A DNA stretch of 64,000 bases, taken from contig JBDRPD010000083.1 in assembly GCA_043827405.1 (NCBI GenBank), positions 13,572-77,571 on the forward strand, read 5' to 3'. Source of the stretch: Elusimicrobiota bacterium. Its GTDB lineage: Bacteria; Elusimicrobiota; Elusimicrobia; UBA1565. A model generated the notes under the pieces. That model had not been told where the DNA came from and searched no databases. It worked only from the letters and a program-made list of their open reading frames with translations. A program made the translations under genes and the position numbers. Shown here in pieces: positions 18,721-28,349 of the stretch (its first letter is position 1; every line of letters starts with the position of its first letter).

Positions 18721-20499
18721 ATGCGAGCCTTTAGATTTATCCGCGAGATCTATAATAAATTTCCCGTCCTGCTTGTCGCCTGTATATCCCTCTGGGTTAT
18801 GGTCGGCGTTTTCGAGGCGGCCGCCATCTTTTCGGTCGCTCCGGTAGTCGATTTGCTTATTCATCCGGAGTTGGAAGGCGCGAGTCCCCTAACTGTGAGT
18901 CTGGTCGGTATTCTTGAGCGAGTCGGGCTGTCCGCTACGCTGGCGACGGTGCTGGGTGTTTTCGTCGTCTTTAGCTTGTTTAAGAGCCTTTTTCAGCTCT
19001 TCGCCCGGCATCTTATCCTGCGCGCGAAATACGCGGTCCAGCAGGATTTGATAGTCGGGACGTTTCACGATTTTTTCCATGCCCGCTGGCACTTCTTCGC
19101 CAGTGATCGGCAGGGCAAGCTGCTCAACACCTTCATCCGTGAGATGGGCGTCGTCGGTAACGCTTTCGGTGCGATGGCATTGTTCTTCGCGGCGCTGCTG
19201 CAGCTCGTTATGTATATGGCCGTTCCGCTGTACTTATCGTGGAGGATCACCGCGGTCAGCACCGCCGCGACGCTGATCTTCGGGGCGCCTTTTTTGCTTT
19301 TGGGCGGCATCAGCTACCGCCTGGGTAAGCGCAATACATCCACCGCCAATGATCTGTCTTCGGTCATTAGCGAGAGTTTAAGCGCGGTGAAGATCATCCT
19401 CGGCTTCGGCAATCCCGACAAGAACGTCGAAATGGTCGACCGGACCTACGACGCGCACCGCCGAGTGACTCTCATTTCCCAGACCCTGGACGTGGGGATT
19501 CCGATCCTGTACCTTCCCATCGGGCTGTCCATTATGGCGGTCGCCCTCATCGCCGGCAGGCGCTGGGGGGTGCCGCTGGCCGAATCGGCCGCCGTTTTGT
19601 ATTCCTTGCTGCGGATGGTCCCTGTTATTGGCCAGGTTCTGCAGCAGAAGACCTCCCTTGATAATTTTTTTCCCAGCTACGAGCAGGTCTTAAGCTTGCG
19701 CCGGCGAGCCACAGAACTGCGCCAGGAATCAGGCGCGCGGCTCTTCATCGGGATGAACAGCGAGATTCGACTGCATGGCGTGAGCTTCGCCCACCCCGGG
19801 AATGAGCCCATCCTGCGCGGCATCGATCTCGTGGTTCCTAAAGAAAAAATGATCGCCATCGTCGGTGAATCCGGCGCCGGCAAATCATCCCTGATCGATC
19901 TGATCATGGGCTTCCACCCCCCGACCGCGGGAAAAATAACGGTAGACGGGACGCCGCTGCCCGCGTTCGATATCTACTCGTACCGGCGGCGGATCGGTTA
20001 TGTGCCGCAGGAAAGCGTCCTGTTTAATATGAGCATCCGCGACAATCTGCAGTGGGCCAAGGAAGACGCGTCGCAGGAGGAGATCGAGAAGGCCTGCCAG
20101 CAGGCGAACGCCGCCGGCTTCATTAAGGATCTGCCGGAAGGCTATGCTACCATCGTCGGCGACCGCGGTGTCCGGCTCTCGGGCGGGCAGGTCCAGCGCG
20201 TGGCGTTGGCCCGGGCGATACTGCGCAAGCCGGATCTGCTGATCCTCGATGAGGCGACAAGCGCTCTGGATACGAAGTCCGAGCGCATGATTCAGCAGTC
20301 GATCGAGGAGTTGGCCAAGAAAACCACTCTTATTGTGGTGGCGCACCGGCTGTCGACCATTGTCCAGGCGGATTATATTTACGTCCTGGGCAAGAGCGGC
20401 TTGGTTGAGGAAGGGAGCTACGCCGAGCTGATGGCCAAGAAGGGGCTTTTCGCGCGCATGGCGGAATACCAGGAGCTCAGCGATCCGCAGGCCGCTTAG
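18721..20499 (+). CDS. ABC exporter with fused TMD and NBD (MsbA/PglK/Wzk-like, possible glycan flippase)
   Basis: N-terminal hydrophobic helices. GESGAGKS Walker A, LSGGQ signature, LILDEATS Walker B, VAHRLS. Confidence 0.92.
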   Translation: MRAFRFIREIYNKFPVLLVACISLWVMVGVFEAAAIFSVAPVVDLLIHPELEGASPLTVSLVGILERVGLSATLATVLGVFVVFSLFKSLFQLFARHLILRAKYAVQQDLIVGTFHDFFHARWHFFASDRQGKLLNTFIREMGVVGNAFGAMALFFAALLQLVMYMAVPLYLSWRITAVSTAATLIFGAPFLLLGGISYRLGKRNTSTANDLSSVISESLSAVKIILGFGNPDKNVEMVDRTYDAHRRVTLISQTLDVGIPILYLPIGLSIMAVALIAGRRWGVPLAESAAVLYSLLRMVPVIGQVLQQKTSLDNFFPSYEQVLSLRRRATELRQESGARLFIGMNSEIRLHGVSFAHPGNEPILRGIDLVVPKEKMIAIVGESGAGKSSLIDLIMGFHPPTAGKITVDGTPLPAFDIYSYRRRIGYVPQESVLFNMSIRDNLQWAKEDASQEEIEKACQQANAAGFIKDLPEGYATIVGDRGVRLSGGQVQRVALARAILRKPDLLILDEATSALDTKSERMIQQSIEELAKKTTLIVVAHRLSTIVQADYIYVLGKSGLVEEGSYAELMAKKGLFARMAEYQELSDPQAA

Positions 20500-22168
20500 C
20501 GGCGGCGGGTTTTAAGCGCACAACTCGTCCGTAGTTCGGTAGCATCGTCACTTCGGCTCCGAGTTCGATTAGGTGGTCTATGTATGGCCGGATGTGGCCG
20601 TCGTAACGTAGGCGCAGATTCGTCGCGCTGCCGATGATTTCCACCATGGCCTGTGATTCGAATACGCAGTCAATGCGCTCGGGGCGCAGCCCGGCATAGC
20701 CGGGATCGCCCAAATGTCCGAACGGCGGGATTTCCCAGGGATCGTACAGGCGCTCGATCGGCACGTCGAGGAAGGCGCCGAAGAAGAGGATTTCCTGCGA
20801 TAGGATTCCCCCGCATCCGTGCGCCAGGCGCCGCAGTTCCTGGTACGGGATGTTCCTGGAGCTCGGCTTCTTCCGAATGACGGTGAGGCTGCCGGGGTCG
20901 CGCACGGCCTCCTGCGCGATGGCGGGCCAGCGCAGTCCGCCGTCAGACAGCAGCAGCAGGCTGAGCGGCATTGCGGCCGCCGCGCCCAAGCGGCTTCCTT
21001 TCGCGTGCAGCTTGTCCCGCAGTCGCGCACCCAGCGAGGCCGCGATGGCGATCAGCACCGGGATCCAGGGGATGAAGTAGCGCGTTTTGGCCAGCACGAG
21101 CGCGGTCGTCGAGATCACCGCCACGCAGCCGGTGTAGAATAGGAATTCGTCCGGTGACCAGGTGCGCCAGGCAAAAAGGGTGAAGGTGAAAAGGACGAGA
21201 AAGGCGGCGGCGTGGGCATGCGGAACAAAGCCGAGCAGCTTGGGGAGCATCGTGATGAGTACGGAGTGGTAGGGCAGCTCCAATAGATTGCGCCATATCT
21301 GGCGGATAACGAATTTAGGATTGGCCTGTACGGCGGCCGGCAGAGTCTCAGCTCCGGCAAACAGCTCCTGGTTGGTGAAGTAGAAGTCATGTCCTTCGAA
21401 CGTGCCGTAGCGCGATTCGATATATTTCCAGTTTTGTCCTTGAATAAATGCCGCGTTCGTCAGGCCGTGCGCGGCTCCCGGCATCCATCTGGCTGTCGCG
21501 AACTGCGCGTTGTTCCAGCGATGAGTGGAGGGGGAAGCGCTAAGCGCGACGGCCAGGAGCAGCGCCAGTCCAAGCGGCAAGTCTTCGCGCCGGGGGAGTA
21601 GGTTTTTCAGCCGGTGCTGACGCCAAAGGCGGTAGAGGTCGAGCATTATGAACAGTAGTATGAGCAGAATGAATGTGGTGCGCAGGAGGGCGGCGCCAAC
21701 AAGCAAAGCGTAGGACCAGGACCCCGGTCCGCGTGTGTCCTTGCCGCGCAGCACCAGCGCGAGGCAGCAGAGCGCAAGGCACAGCGGCTGCGTCGGCGGA
21801 GGCGACGCAGCGATAAACGGGAGCCAGAGTACCGCGGCGAATACCGCCATTTTCCCGCCGACGAACCGGCGGGCAAAAAGCGCTATTGCGCCGCCGGCCA
21901 GCGTCAGGGTGACGATGCGCTCGAGCAGGTATCCGAAGGGAAAGCCGAGTCCCCAAAACGGCAGTAGATAGAGAACGTACAGCGGGCTGCGTCCCGGGTT
22001 AACCATGCCGCCCGTTTCCCACAGCACGCGCGCGAAAAACCAGTAGCCTCGCGCCTCATTCCCCGGGTCCCGAATGAGCGGTATGGCCAGCATCGCGAGC
22101 AGGGCGATGGCACCCAAAGCCGGCAGGCCGTGCCGCCGGTTCAATCGTCGCGGCAAAAGCGCCTCCAT
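20477..22168 (-). CDS. Polytopic membrane protein, possible GT-C fold glycosyltransferase
   Basis: About 10 or more hydrophobic segments, an early acidic loop (DPGNEARGY) and a soluble C-terminal domain. Start moved to ATG 22168 (MEALLPRR). Confidence 0.55.
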   Translation of the reverse strand: MEALLPRRLNRRHGLPALGAIALLAMLAIPLIRDPGNEARGYWFFARVLWETGGMVNPGRSPLYVLYLLPFWGLGFPFGYLLERIVTLTLAGGAIALFARRFVGGKMAVFAAVLWLPFIAASPPPTQPLCLALCCLALVLRGKDTRGPGSWSYALLVGAALLRTTFILLILLFIMLDLYRLWRQHRLKNLLPRREDLPLGLALLLAVALSASPSTHRWNNAQFATARWMPGAAHGLTNAAFIQGQNWKYIESRYGTFEGHDFYFTNQELFAGAETLPAAVQANPKFVIRQIWRNLLELPYHSVLITMLPKLLGFVPHAHAAAFLVLFTFTLFAWRTWSPDEFLFYTGCVAVISTTALVLAKTRYFIPWIPVLIAIAASLGARLRDKLHAKGSRLGAAAAMPLSLLLLSDGGLRWPAIAQEAVRDPGSLTVIRKKPSSRNIPYQELRRLAHGCGGILSQEILFFGAFLDVPIERLYDPWEIPPFGHLGDPGYAGLRPERIDCVFESQAMVEIIGSATNLRLRYDGHIRPYIDHLIELGAEVTMLPNYGRVVRLKPAAAKRPADR

Positions 22169-23007
22169 TTTATCTTCGATTCCGGCATCTCCGGGGGCCG
22201 GTGTGCGCTCTTTTCTCCGATCAAGCGGTCGATCTGATCTGGAAATATCGGCGCAGCGCCGCAAGCGGCCGCGAGGCGCACGAATGCGGCCAATAACGGC
22301 AGCCAAATGGGGATCGGGACGGCCCCCCAGCGCTGGGAAATCCGTCGAGCCAAGGCGGCGCCGTCGAACTCCTCGGGGCCGCAGATTTCATGGATATGCT
22401 CGCCATCCTCAGGGTGAGTCATTATACGGGTGCAGATCTCCGCGAAATCATCCGCATGGACCGGAGCAAAACGGATATTCCGGTGCCCGAGCAGCATCGG
22501 CACGATTCGCCACTTGCGCGCCAATGCCACCAAGCGGTCCACACCCTCCGTGCCGTCCGCCGCGTAAACTTCAGCCGGTCGCAGGATGGTCAGGCTCCTC
22601 CAGGAAAGTCGTCTGAGCGAGTCCTCGGCTTGCCGCTTCGAATCGCCGTACGCTCCTGAGCCGCGGCCGATGCAGCGCGTACTGAGGTAAAGCATACGCT
22701 CACAGCCGGCGCCTTGGACGGCGGCGGCCAGCCGTTCGGTTCCCCGCAGGTTCACCTCGGTGTAGGCGGTAAAGTCCGCGGCATGTGTTATCCCCGCGAA
22801 GTGAACGCAGCGTTGCGGACGCAGACCGCGAGGAAGGAGGGGGCGGCGGCGTAGATCGAGAGGAAAGGACTTTACTTGCGGATGGCTCAGCGGCGGAGGA
22901 TGGCGATGCACGCCGCACCAAATGCGAACATCCGGCACGCGCTCAAGGTAGCGGCTCAGCACCTGCGCCCCGAGCTTTGAAGAGGCTCCTGTCCAAACTA
23001 TATCCAT
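22141..23007 (-). CDS. Atypical SDR / NAD(P)-binding epimerase-like protein
   Basis: IVWTGASSKLG, VHFAGITH, VNLRGT, YGDSK (YxxxK), ILRPAEVY, APVHADD. Confidence 0.8.
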   Translation of the reverse strand: MDIVWTGASSKLGAQVLSRYLERVPDVRIWCGVHRHPPPLSHPQVKSFPLDLRRRPLLPRGLRPQRCVHFAGITHAADFTAYTEVNLRGTERLAAAVQGAGCERMLYLSTRCIGRGSGAYGDSKRQAEDSLRRLSWRSLTILRPAEVYAADGTEGVDRLVALARKWRIVPMLLGHRNIRFAPVHADDFAEICTRIMTHPEDGEHIHEICGPEEFDGAALARRISQRWGAVPIPIWLPLLAAFVRLAAACGAAPIFPDQIDRLIGEKSAHRPPEMPESKIKWRRFCRDD

Positions 23008-23062
23008 AATCCGAACATGCTCCCTGACGGGCGCTGCGGCAGGATATAGTACGATATCTGCT

Positions 23063-23833
23063 GTGAATAAAGATGTCGATGGGCCGGTGCCGTTTCTCTC
23101 GTTAGTCGTCCTTTGTTACCGCAGCGAGGAGTCCGTTGTCCCATTTGTTGAGCGCATCGTAAAGATGCTCTCGTTCTGCAATTTTACCTACGAATTGATC
23201 TTGGTCGGGAATTACCTTGAGGGCAGCGACGATCGCACCCCCGAGGTCGTTCGTGATCTCGCCAACCATTTCGCGCAGGTGCGCGCGATCACGCTACCGA
23301 AATCGGGCATGATGGGCTGGGACATGCGTTCCGGTATGGATGCCGCGCGCGGGAAGTATGTGTGTATTATCGACGGGGACGGGCAGTTCCCCCTTGAATC
23401 CGTCCTCACCTGCCTGATTAAGATCGACACAGAAAACTACGACCTAGTAAAAACATACCGCGTGCGCCGCGAAGACGGGCTGTATCGCAGGATCATCTCA
23501 ACCGTATACAACGCGATCTTTCGGCTGCTGTTTAAGACTAACTACTACGACGTTAACTCGAAGCCTAAAATTATTCGCCGGGAGCAATACGTGGATCTCG
23601 CGCTGCAGTCGGATGATTGGTTTACCGACGCTGAAATTATGATCCGTGCGACGGAGATCGGCTTGCGCGTCGCTGAAATTCCGATCCATTTCTACCGTAT
23701 TGAAGAGCGCTCCTCGTTCGTCAGGCCAAGCGCCATATTTGAGTTCCTGAAGAATTTGTGGGATTATCGTTTTCGTCGGCCGCCGGCGCGCTCAGGCGCG
23801 CGCGGCGACAAAATATTGGGCGCCAAGCGGTAG
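23063..23833 (+). CDS. GT2 glycosyltransferase (DPM1/GtrB-like polyprenol-phosphate sugar synthase)
   Basis: LSLVVLCY, IIDGDGQ (DxD), KTYRVRRED...RRIISTVYN, DVNSKPKII, AEIPIHF. Confidence 0.82.
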   Translation: MNKDVDGPVPFLSLVVLCYRSEESVVPFVERIVKMLSFCNFTYELILVGNYLEGSDDRTPEVVRDLANHFAQVRAITLPKSGMMGWDMRSGMDAARGKYVCIIDGDGQFPLESVLTCLIKIDTENYDLVKTYRVRREDGLYRRIISTVYNAIFRLLFKTNYYDVNSKPKIIRREQYVDLALQSDDWFTDAEIMIRATEIGLRVAEIPIHFYRIEERSSFVRPSAIFEFLKNLWDYRFRRPPARSGARGDKILGAKR

Positions 23834-24478
23834 CCTGCGCAGGCCGTGTTCGATAATTTCAAAGAGCCTGCCGCGCCAGGGGAAGAACAGGAAGTACGCG
23901 CGGTCGATCAGCGACAGGCCCGCCGCACGGAACAGGTCCCGCACCTCCGTCATCCTGAGCAGGATCGCATCCTCATCGAATGGGCAGGCTTGCACGACCT
24001 TGGCGGTTATGGGGTTGAGCGGGTTGTGCTCAAAAATCAAAATCAGCCCGCCAGGACGAACCGCCCGGCGCATTTCCCGTATAGCGGCCAGCCGCGCCTT
24101 CGGCGCGATGTGGTGCAGCACGTTGATCGCGAATATTAGATCGAATGTCGCGTCGGGAAACGGGATGGAACTCCCGTCGTAGCACCGGTAATCCACGGAC
24201 GGGTTCGTTGCGGCCGCCACCTCGATGACGCCGGGGGCGACGTCTACTCCATGCAGCATTTTTATGCTTGCCGCGACGTACGTGTCGGTAGCGCCGATTC
24301 CACAACCGAGGTCGAGCGCGCGGAGGTCCTTGACTGAGCCGAAGAATTTACGCGCTTCGTTGATGAGAATCCGCGCCTTCATTTCGGTAAAAAAGGAGGA
24401 GTCTTGACCGCTGAAGGCGATTTGCTCGTCGAGCGTCCGGCGATAATTGTCTTTGAAGTGGTCGAAATCGGTGGACAT
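23792..24478 (-). CDS. Class I SAM-dependent methyltransferase
   Basis: ALDLGCGIG, GVDVA, IPFPDATFDLI, VLHHI, FEHNPLNP. Confidence 0.9.
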   Translation of the reverse strand: MSTDFDHFKDNYRRTLDEQIAFSGQDSSFFTEMKARILINEARKFFGSVKDLRALDLGCGIGATDTYVAASIKMLHGVDVAPGVIEVAAATNPSVDYRCYDGSSIPFPDATFDLIFAINVLHHIAPKARLAAIREMRRAVRPGGLILIFEHNPLNPITAKVVQACPFDEDAILLRMTEVRDLFRAAGLSLIDRAYFLFFPWRGRLFEIIEHGLRRLPLGAQYFVAARA

Positions 24479-24482
24479 CGGG

Positions 24483-26168
24483 CTATCGGGACCGCCGCGG
24501 CGCGGGAGCGCCGATGAGTGGTATGGGCGCGGTCCTTCGGTGCAGGGTGGCTGAGATCGTATCGGTCAGCTGGAAAGTGGGTCCAGGGATGAACGGCAGG
24601 CGGCGGTCTCGCAGCAGTTCTCGAATCTGCGTCTCCAGGCGGCGAACGTCTTCCTTCAATATGCCGTCCGGCAGGCCGTCCACCAGCAGTAGATGGTCGA
24701 CGTCCTTGTCCCGCAGGCGGGCGAGGGTCCGCTCGACACGCGTTTCGTTGTATCCATAGCTGACGAACCTGAGCGGATAGTTCCGGCGCGCGCTGAAATA
24801 GTTGAGATTGTTGGAGTTTAGGTATCCGATTTCTGTGCCGAGGGCCACTTTTGTTTCTTGTTTTCCCGTCTCGCGCCAGATCCAATCAACAAGTTCCTGC
24901 TGGCGCCAAAGTCCTTCCCGCTGAGGTGGTCCGCTGTAGGTGCTGCCCGGCTTCAGGAAGGACGCCGGCCCGATCTGGACGGCAGGAAAAAGCTTCACGC
25001 CAAAAGTCTGCAGTGCGTAGCCAGCCGCGGGGATCGCAAAAAACAGGCTTAGGAGCGCGGCGCGCAGGCGCGAGTTTCGCGTTAGCAGATCGAGGCCGCC
25101 GGCTAGCAGCAGGGAGAAGGCCGGCAGCGCCGGAGTCATGAAGCGGATGGCCTTGTTGACGCCGACGGTGCCGAAAAACAACGGAACGAGCAGCCAGGAC
25201 AGGAGCAGGCTCAGGGAGGAGTTGGAAATCAATAGGGGGAGCGGCCGCAGGCCGCGGCGATGCCGGTAGAGGAGCGCGGCGGCGACTGCGGCCGACGCAA
25301 GGAAATAGTAATAGGACAGGCCGTTTTCGATCAGCTTGTGCCAGTAGCCGAAAAGGACGGCGGGGTTGAATACCCGCGTGTCACCGTAGTGCGCCGCGAC
25401 CTTGCCGAAGCTGGCCATATAGATGTAGCCGGCCGTGTAGATCAAATTGTGGGCGTACCAGGTCAGGGCGATCAACCCGCTTATTGCGACGATGGTCTTT
25501 AGCGGCGGCTCAACCGCGCGGAGGAAGCCGCCGCGCGACTCACGCCAGCGGCGCCACAGAACGTCGGCAAGGGCGCCGATGACGAACATGGGGAAAAGCA
25601 CTTTGAGCAGCAGCCCCGCGCCGGCCAGCGCGCCGACGGCTCGGACATGGGTCCGTCGCCGCAGCCCGTCGGAGGCGGCGAGATGGTAGGTGACTGCGGA
25701 CACCACCGCCGTTAGTGCGATTTCAACGAAGAAGCGGTGGGTGAGCCCGGCGATGAGCGGCAGCGTCAGGGTTATTAGCACCGCCAGCAGTCCGGCGGTC
25801 TGGGAAAATAGGCGCCGGCCGAGGAGAAACACATAGCCGCCGAGCATGATGGTCGCGGCGAGGTTGACTAGAAGCGCCGTATCGTGCGATGGCCCGAAGA
25901 GAAAGAAGGGCGGCAGCGCCAGAACCGAGATCAGGGGAGCCTTGAAGAGGAAGGCGGAGGCGTAAGCGCGGTAGAACGCGGCTGGCCCGTTATCGCGCAG
26001 GGCGTAATAGAGCTTGCAGGCGATTTCAAGATACCAGGCGTCGTCGAAGGTCGGGGGGTGCGTTTCGGCGTGAAAATACCACAGATTGATAGCGCAGCAG
26101 ATTATGACGGCCGCGGCGGCCCCGGCGGCGGGGGAAATGCGTCCAATGCGATGGCGGACTGAAGTCAT
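24483..26168 (-). CDS. ArnT/PMT-like (GT-C, family 39/83-like) membrane glycosyltransferase
   Basis: PPTFDDAWY acidic motif in the first loop, KAPL, FFVEIAL, GAGLLLK, many TM segments and a C-terminal soluble domain. Confidence 0.78.
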   Translation of the reverse strand: MTSVRHRIGRISPAAGAAAAVIICCAINLWYFHAETHPPTFDDAWYLEIACKLYYALRDNGPAAFYRAYASAFLFKAPLISVLALPPFFLFGPSHDTALLVNLAATIMLGGYVFLLGRRLFSQTAGLLAVLITLTLPLIAGLTHRFFVEIALTAVVSAVTYHLAASDGLRRRTHVRAVGALAGAGLLLKVLFPMFVIGALADVLWRRWRESRGGFLRAVEPPLKTIVAISGLIALTWYAHNLIYTAGYIYMASFGKVAAHYGDTRVFNPAVLFGYWHKLIENGLSYYYFLASAAVAAALLYRHRRGLRPLPLLISNSSLSLLLSWLLVPLFFGTVGVNKAIRFMTPALPAFSLLLAGGLDLLTRNSRLRAALLSLFFAIPAAGYALQTFGVKLFPAVQIGPASFLKPGSTYSGPPQREGLWRQQELVDWIWRETGKQETKVALGTEIGYLNSNNLNYFSARRNYPLRFVSYGYNETRVERTLARLRDKDVDHLLLVDGLPDGILKEDVRRLETQIRELLRDRRLPFIPGPTFQLTDTISATLHRRTAPIPLIGAPAPRRSR

Positions 26169-26183
26169 GTAGAATATGAAGGC

Positions 26184-27134
26184 GTGAGCATGATAGCAAA
26201 AGAGGGTTTACCGGTCGGTGAGCTGTGGCGACGAATGCTGTTGATCCGGCGCTTTGAAGAGAACCTGCTGCGGATGTTTGGGCAGGGCGAGATCTTCGGC
26301 ACCACACACTGCTGTATCGGCCAAGAAGCCAACGCCGTTGGCATAGCCTCCTGCCTGCGGCCGGGTGATTTCGTGGTCAGCAACCACCGTTGCCATGGAC
26401 ACTATCTGGCGCGCACCGGTGATGTGGAGGGGCTGCTCGCGGAGATGATGGGACGGTCGGCGGGGGTCGTCGGCGGCAGAGGGGGGTCTCAGCATCTGCA
26501 CGCAGAGAACTTTATTTCGAATGGAATCCTCGGCGGCGGCACGCCTATCGCGGTCGGAACCGCGCTCGCGCATAAACTGGAAAAATCCGATGCGGCAACA
26601 GTTTGCTTTATTGGTGATGGGACTTTCGGCGAAGGGGTTCTCTACGAAGCGCTTAACATGGCATCCTTGTGGGGGGTACCGGTCCTTTTTGTGGTTGAGA
26701 ATAACCATTATTCACAATCGACGCCGATCATGAAAAACCTGGCGGGGAGTCTGCGCGGGCGTTTCGACGCTTTCGGGATTGCGGCGCAGGAGATCGAGAG
26801 CTTCGATGTGGCGGAGATTCGCAGCGCCGCTGATAAGCTTCTGGAAGATATGCGGCGGCGTGTCCGACCGGCGGCTTTACTCATAAGTACCTACCGTTTT
26901 TGTCACCATTCCAAGAACGATGACGCGCGCGATCCGGCGGAGGTCGCGCGGTGGAAAAAACGTGATCCCGTCGACGCCTTGCGGGAAACTGTCGACGCCG
27001 GCGAGCTCGAGCGGGCCGAACAGGAGATCGAGCAGCGCCTGAAACAGGCGGAGCGCGCGGCCAGCGAGAGCCCGGAGCCGGCGCTCACCGCGCGGCATCT
27101 TGATCCCTATTTTACCAGCGATGAGATACGTTAA
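26184..27134 (+). CDS. ThDP-dependent 2-oxoacid dehydrogenase E1 alpha-like subunit
   Basis: TTHCCIGQEA, SNHRCHGH, GRGGSQH, FIGDG...EALN...VENNHYSQST, TYRFCHHS. Start at GTG 26184 or ATG 26190. Confidence 0.92.
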   Translation: MSMIAKEGLPVGELWRRMLLIRRFEENLLRMFGQGEIFGTTHCCIGQEANAVGIASCLRPGDFVVSNHRCHGHYLARTGDVEGLLAEMMGRSAGVVGGRGGSQHLHAENFISNGILGGGTPIAVGTALAHKLEKSDAATVCFIGDGTFGEGVLYEALNMASLWGVPVLFVVENNHYSQSTPIMKNLAGSLRGRFDAFGIAAQEIESFDVAEIRSAADKLLEDMRRRVRPAALLISTYRFCHHSKNDDARDPAEVARWKKRDPVDALRETVDAGELERAEQEIEQRLKQAERAASESPEPALTARHLDPYFTSDEIR

Positions 27135-28134
27135 GCGGCTCAACGAGGCCTTGGCCGGCCTGCTCGCCGATGACCCCAAGATCGTGCTGCTGGGCGAAGA
27201 TATCGCCGATCCTTACGGCGGCGCCTTCAAGGTTACCCGCGGCCTGTCTACGCGCTTCCCCGAGCGGGTATTCTCAACCCCGGTAAGCGAGGCCGGCTTT
27301 ACCGGCGTCGCGGTCGGCCTGGCGCTTAAGGGCTTCAAGCCCGTCGTCGAGATTATGTTCGGCGACTTCATCACTCACTGCGCCGATCAGATAGTCAACC
27401 ACGCGGCCAAGCTCGGCTGGTACCGCGATCCCGAGCGCGGGGTGCCGCTGGTTTTTCGCACGCCGATGGGCGGCGGCCGCGGCTACGGCGCGACGCATTC
27501 GCAGTCCCTTGAGAAAATGTTTCTTGGCGTGCCGTTTGTGCATGTCGTCGCCGGCAATCTGCTGACCGATCCCGGCGATCTTCTCACGCAGGCGCTCCGG
27601 CTGGACCGGACCGTTCTCTTCATCGAACATAAGCTGCATTACGGCAGGGAGTTGCTGGACGAAACCGCCGATGAGTTGGGCGCGTTTCGCATCACGATGA
27701 CTACTGGAGACTTTCCGACAGCGACGATTGCGATCGCCGACGGCGCCGCGCCGCAGGCGACCTTGGTCGCCTATGGCGCGATGGCCGACCTTTGCCTTGA
27801 GGCTTCGCGCCGTCTGTTTGTTGAAGATGAGGTCGAAGCGGAAGTCGTGGTCCCGTCGCGGATTAAGCCTTTCCCGCTCGATCCGATCATGGCGTCCGTG
27901 CGGCGGACCGGCCGGCTCGTCGTCGTCGAGGAGGGGACGGAGGGCTTCGGCTGGGGCGCGCAGGTCGTCTGCACTTTGCTGGAGCGCGGCGCCGCGTTCG
28001 CCGCGCCGCCCAAGGCCATCGCCGCGGCGGCCTGCCCGCTGGCGGGCTCTCCGTATCTCGAGAAGATGCTCCTGCCGCGGACGGATGATATCGTCGCCGC
28101 GGTGCGGTCGATTATGGCAGGGAGGAAATTATGA
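27121..28134 (+). CDS. 2-oxoacid dehydrogenase E1 beta-like subunit
   Basis: LLGEDIADPYGGAFKVTRGL, FSTPVSE, EIMFGDF, YGATHSQS, FIEHK, VVVEEG. ATG 27121. Confidence 0.92.
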   Translation: MRYVKRLNEALAGLLADDPKIVLLGEDIADPYGGAFKVTRGLSTRFPERVFSTPVSEAGFTGVAVGLALKGFKPVVEIMFGDFITHCADQIVNHAAKLGWYRDPERGVPLVFRTPMGGGRGYGATHSQSLEKMFLGVPFVHVVAGNLLTDPGDLLTQALRLDRTVLFIEHKLHYGRELLDETADELGAFRITMTTGDFPTATIAIADGAAPQATLVAYGAMADLCLEASRRLFVEDEVEAEVVVPSRIKPFPLDPIMASVRRTGRLVVVEEGTEGFGWGAQVVCTLLERGAAFAAPPKAIAAAACPLAGSPYLEKMLLPRTDDIVAAVRSIMAGRKL

Positions 28135-28346
28135 GAAGCATGCGGATGGCCGGGCTTGCCGTGTCCATCTTCCTGGCCGGGGCGCTTCCCGCGCATGCCT
28201 ATCTCGATCCCGGCTCCGGCAGCATGTATCTGCAGCTGCTGCTGGGCGGGCTCGCCGGCATTGGCCTGGTTCTTAAGATATTCTGGGGAAATATCCTGGA
28301 GATGTTCGGCCTTGGCAGGAAGGACGACGACGGCAAGGCCGAGTAG
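28131..28346 (+). CDS. Small membrane protein of the YLDPGxGS type
   Basis: Signal-like N-terminus ending AHA, then YLDPGSGS and one TM helix. ATGA-coupled to E1 beta and 3 nt before the next gene. Confidence 0.7.
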   Translation: MRSMRMAGLAVSIFLAGALPAHAYLDPGSGSMYLQLLLGGLAGIGLVLKIFWGNILEMFGLGRKDDDGKAE

Positions 28347-28349
28347 CGC

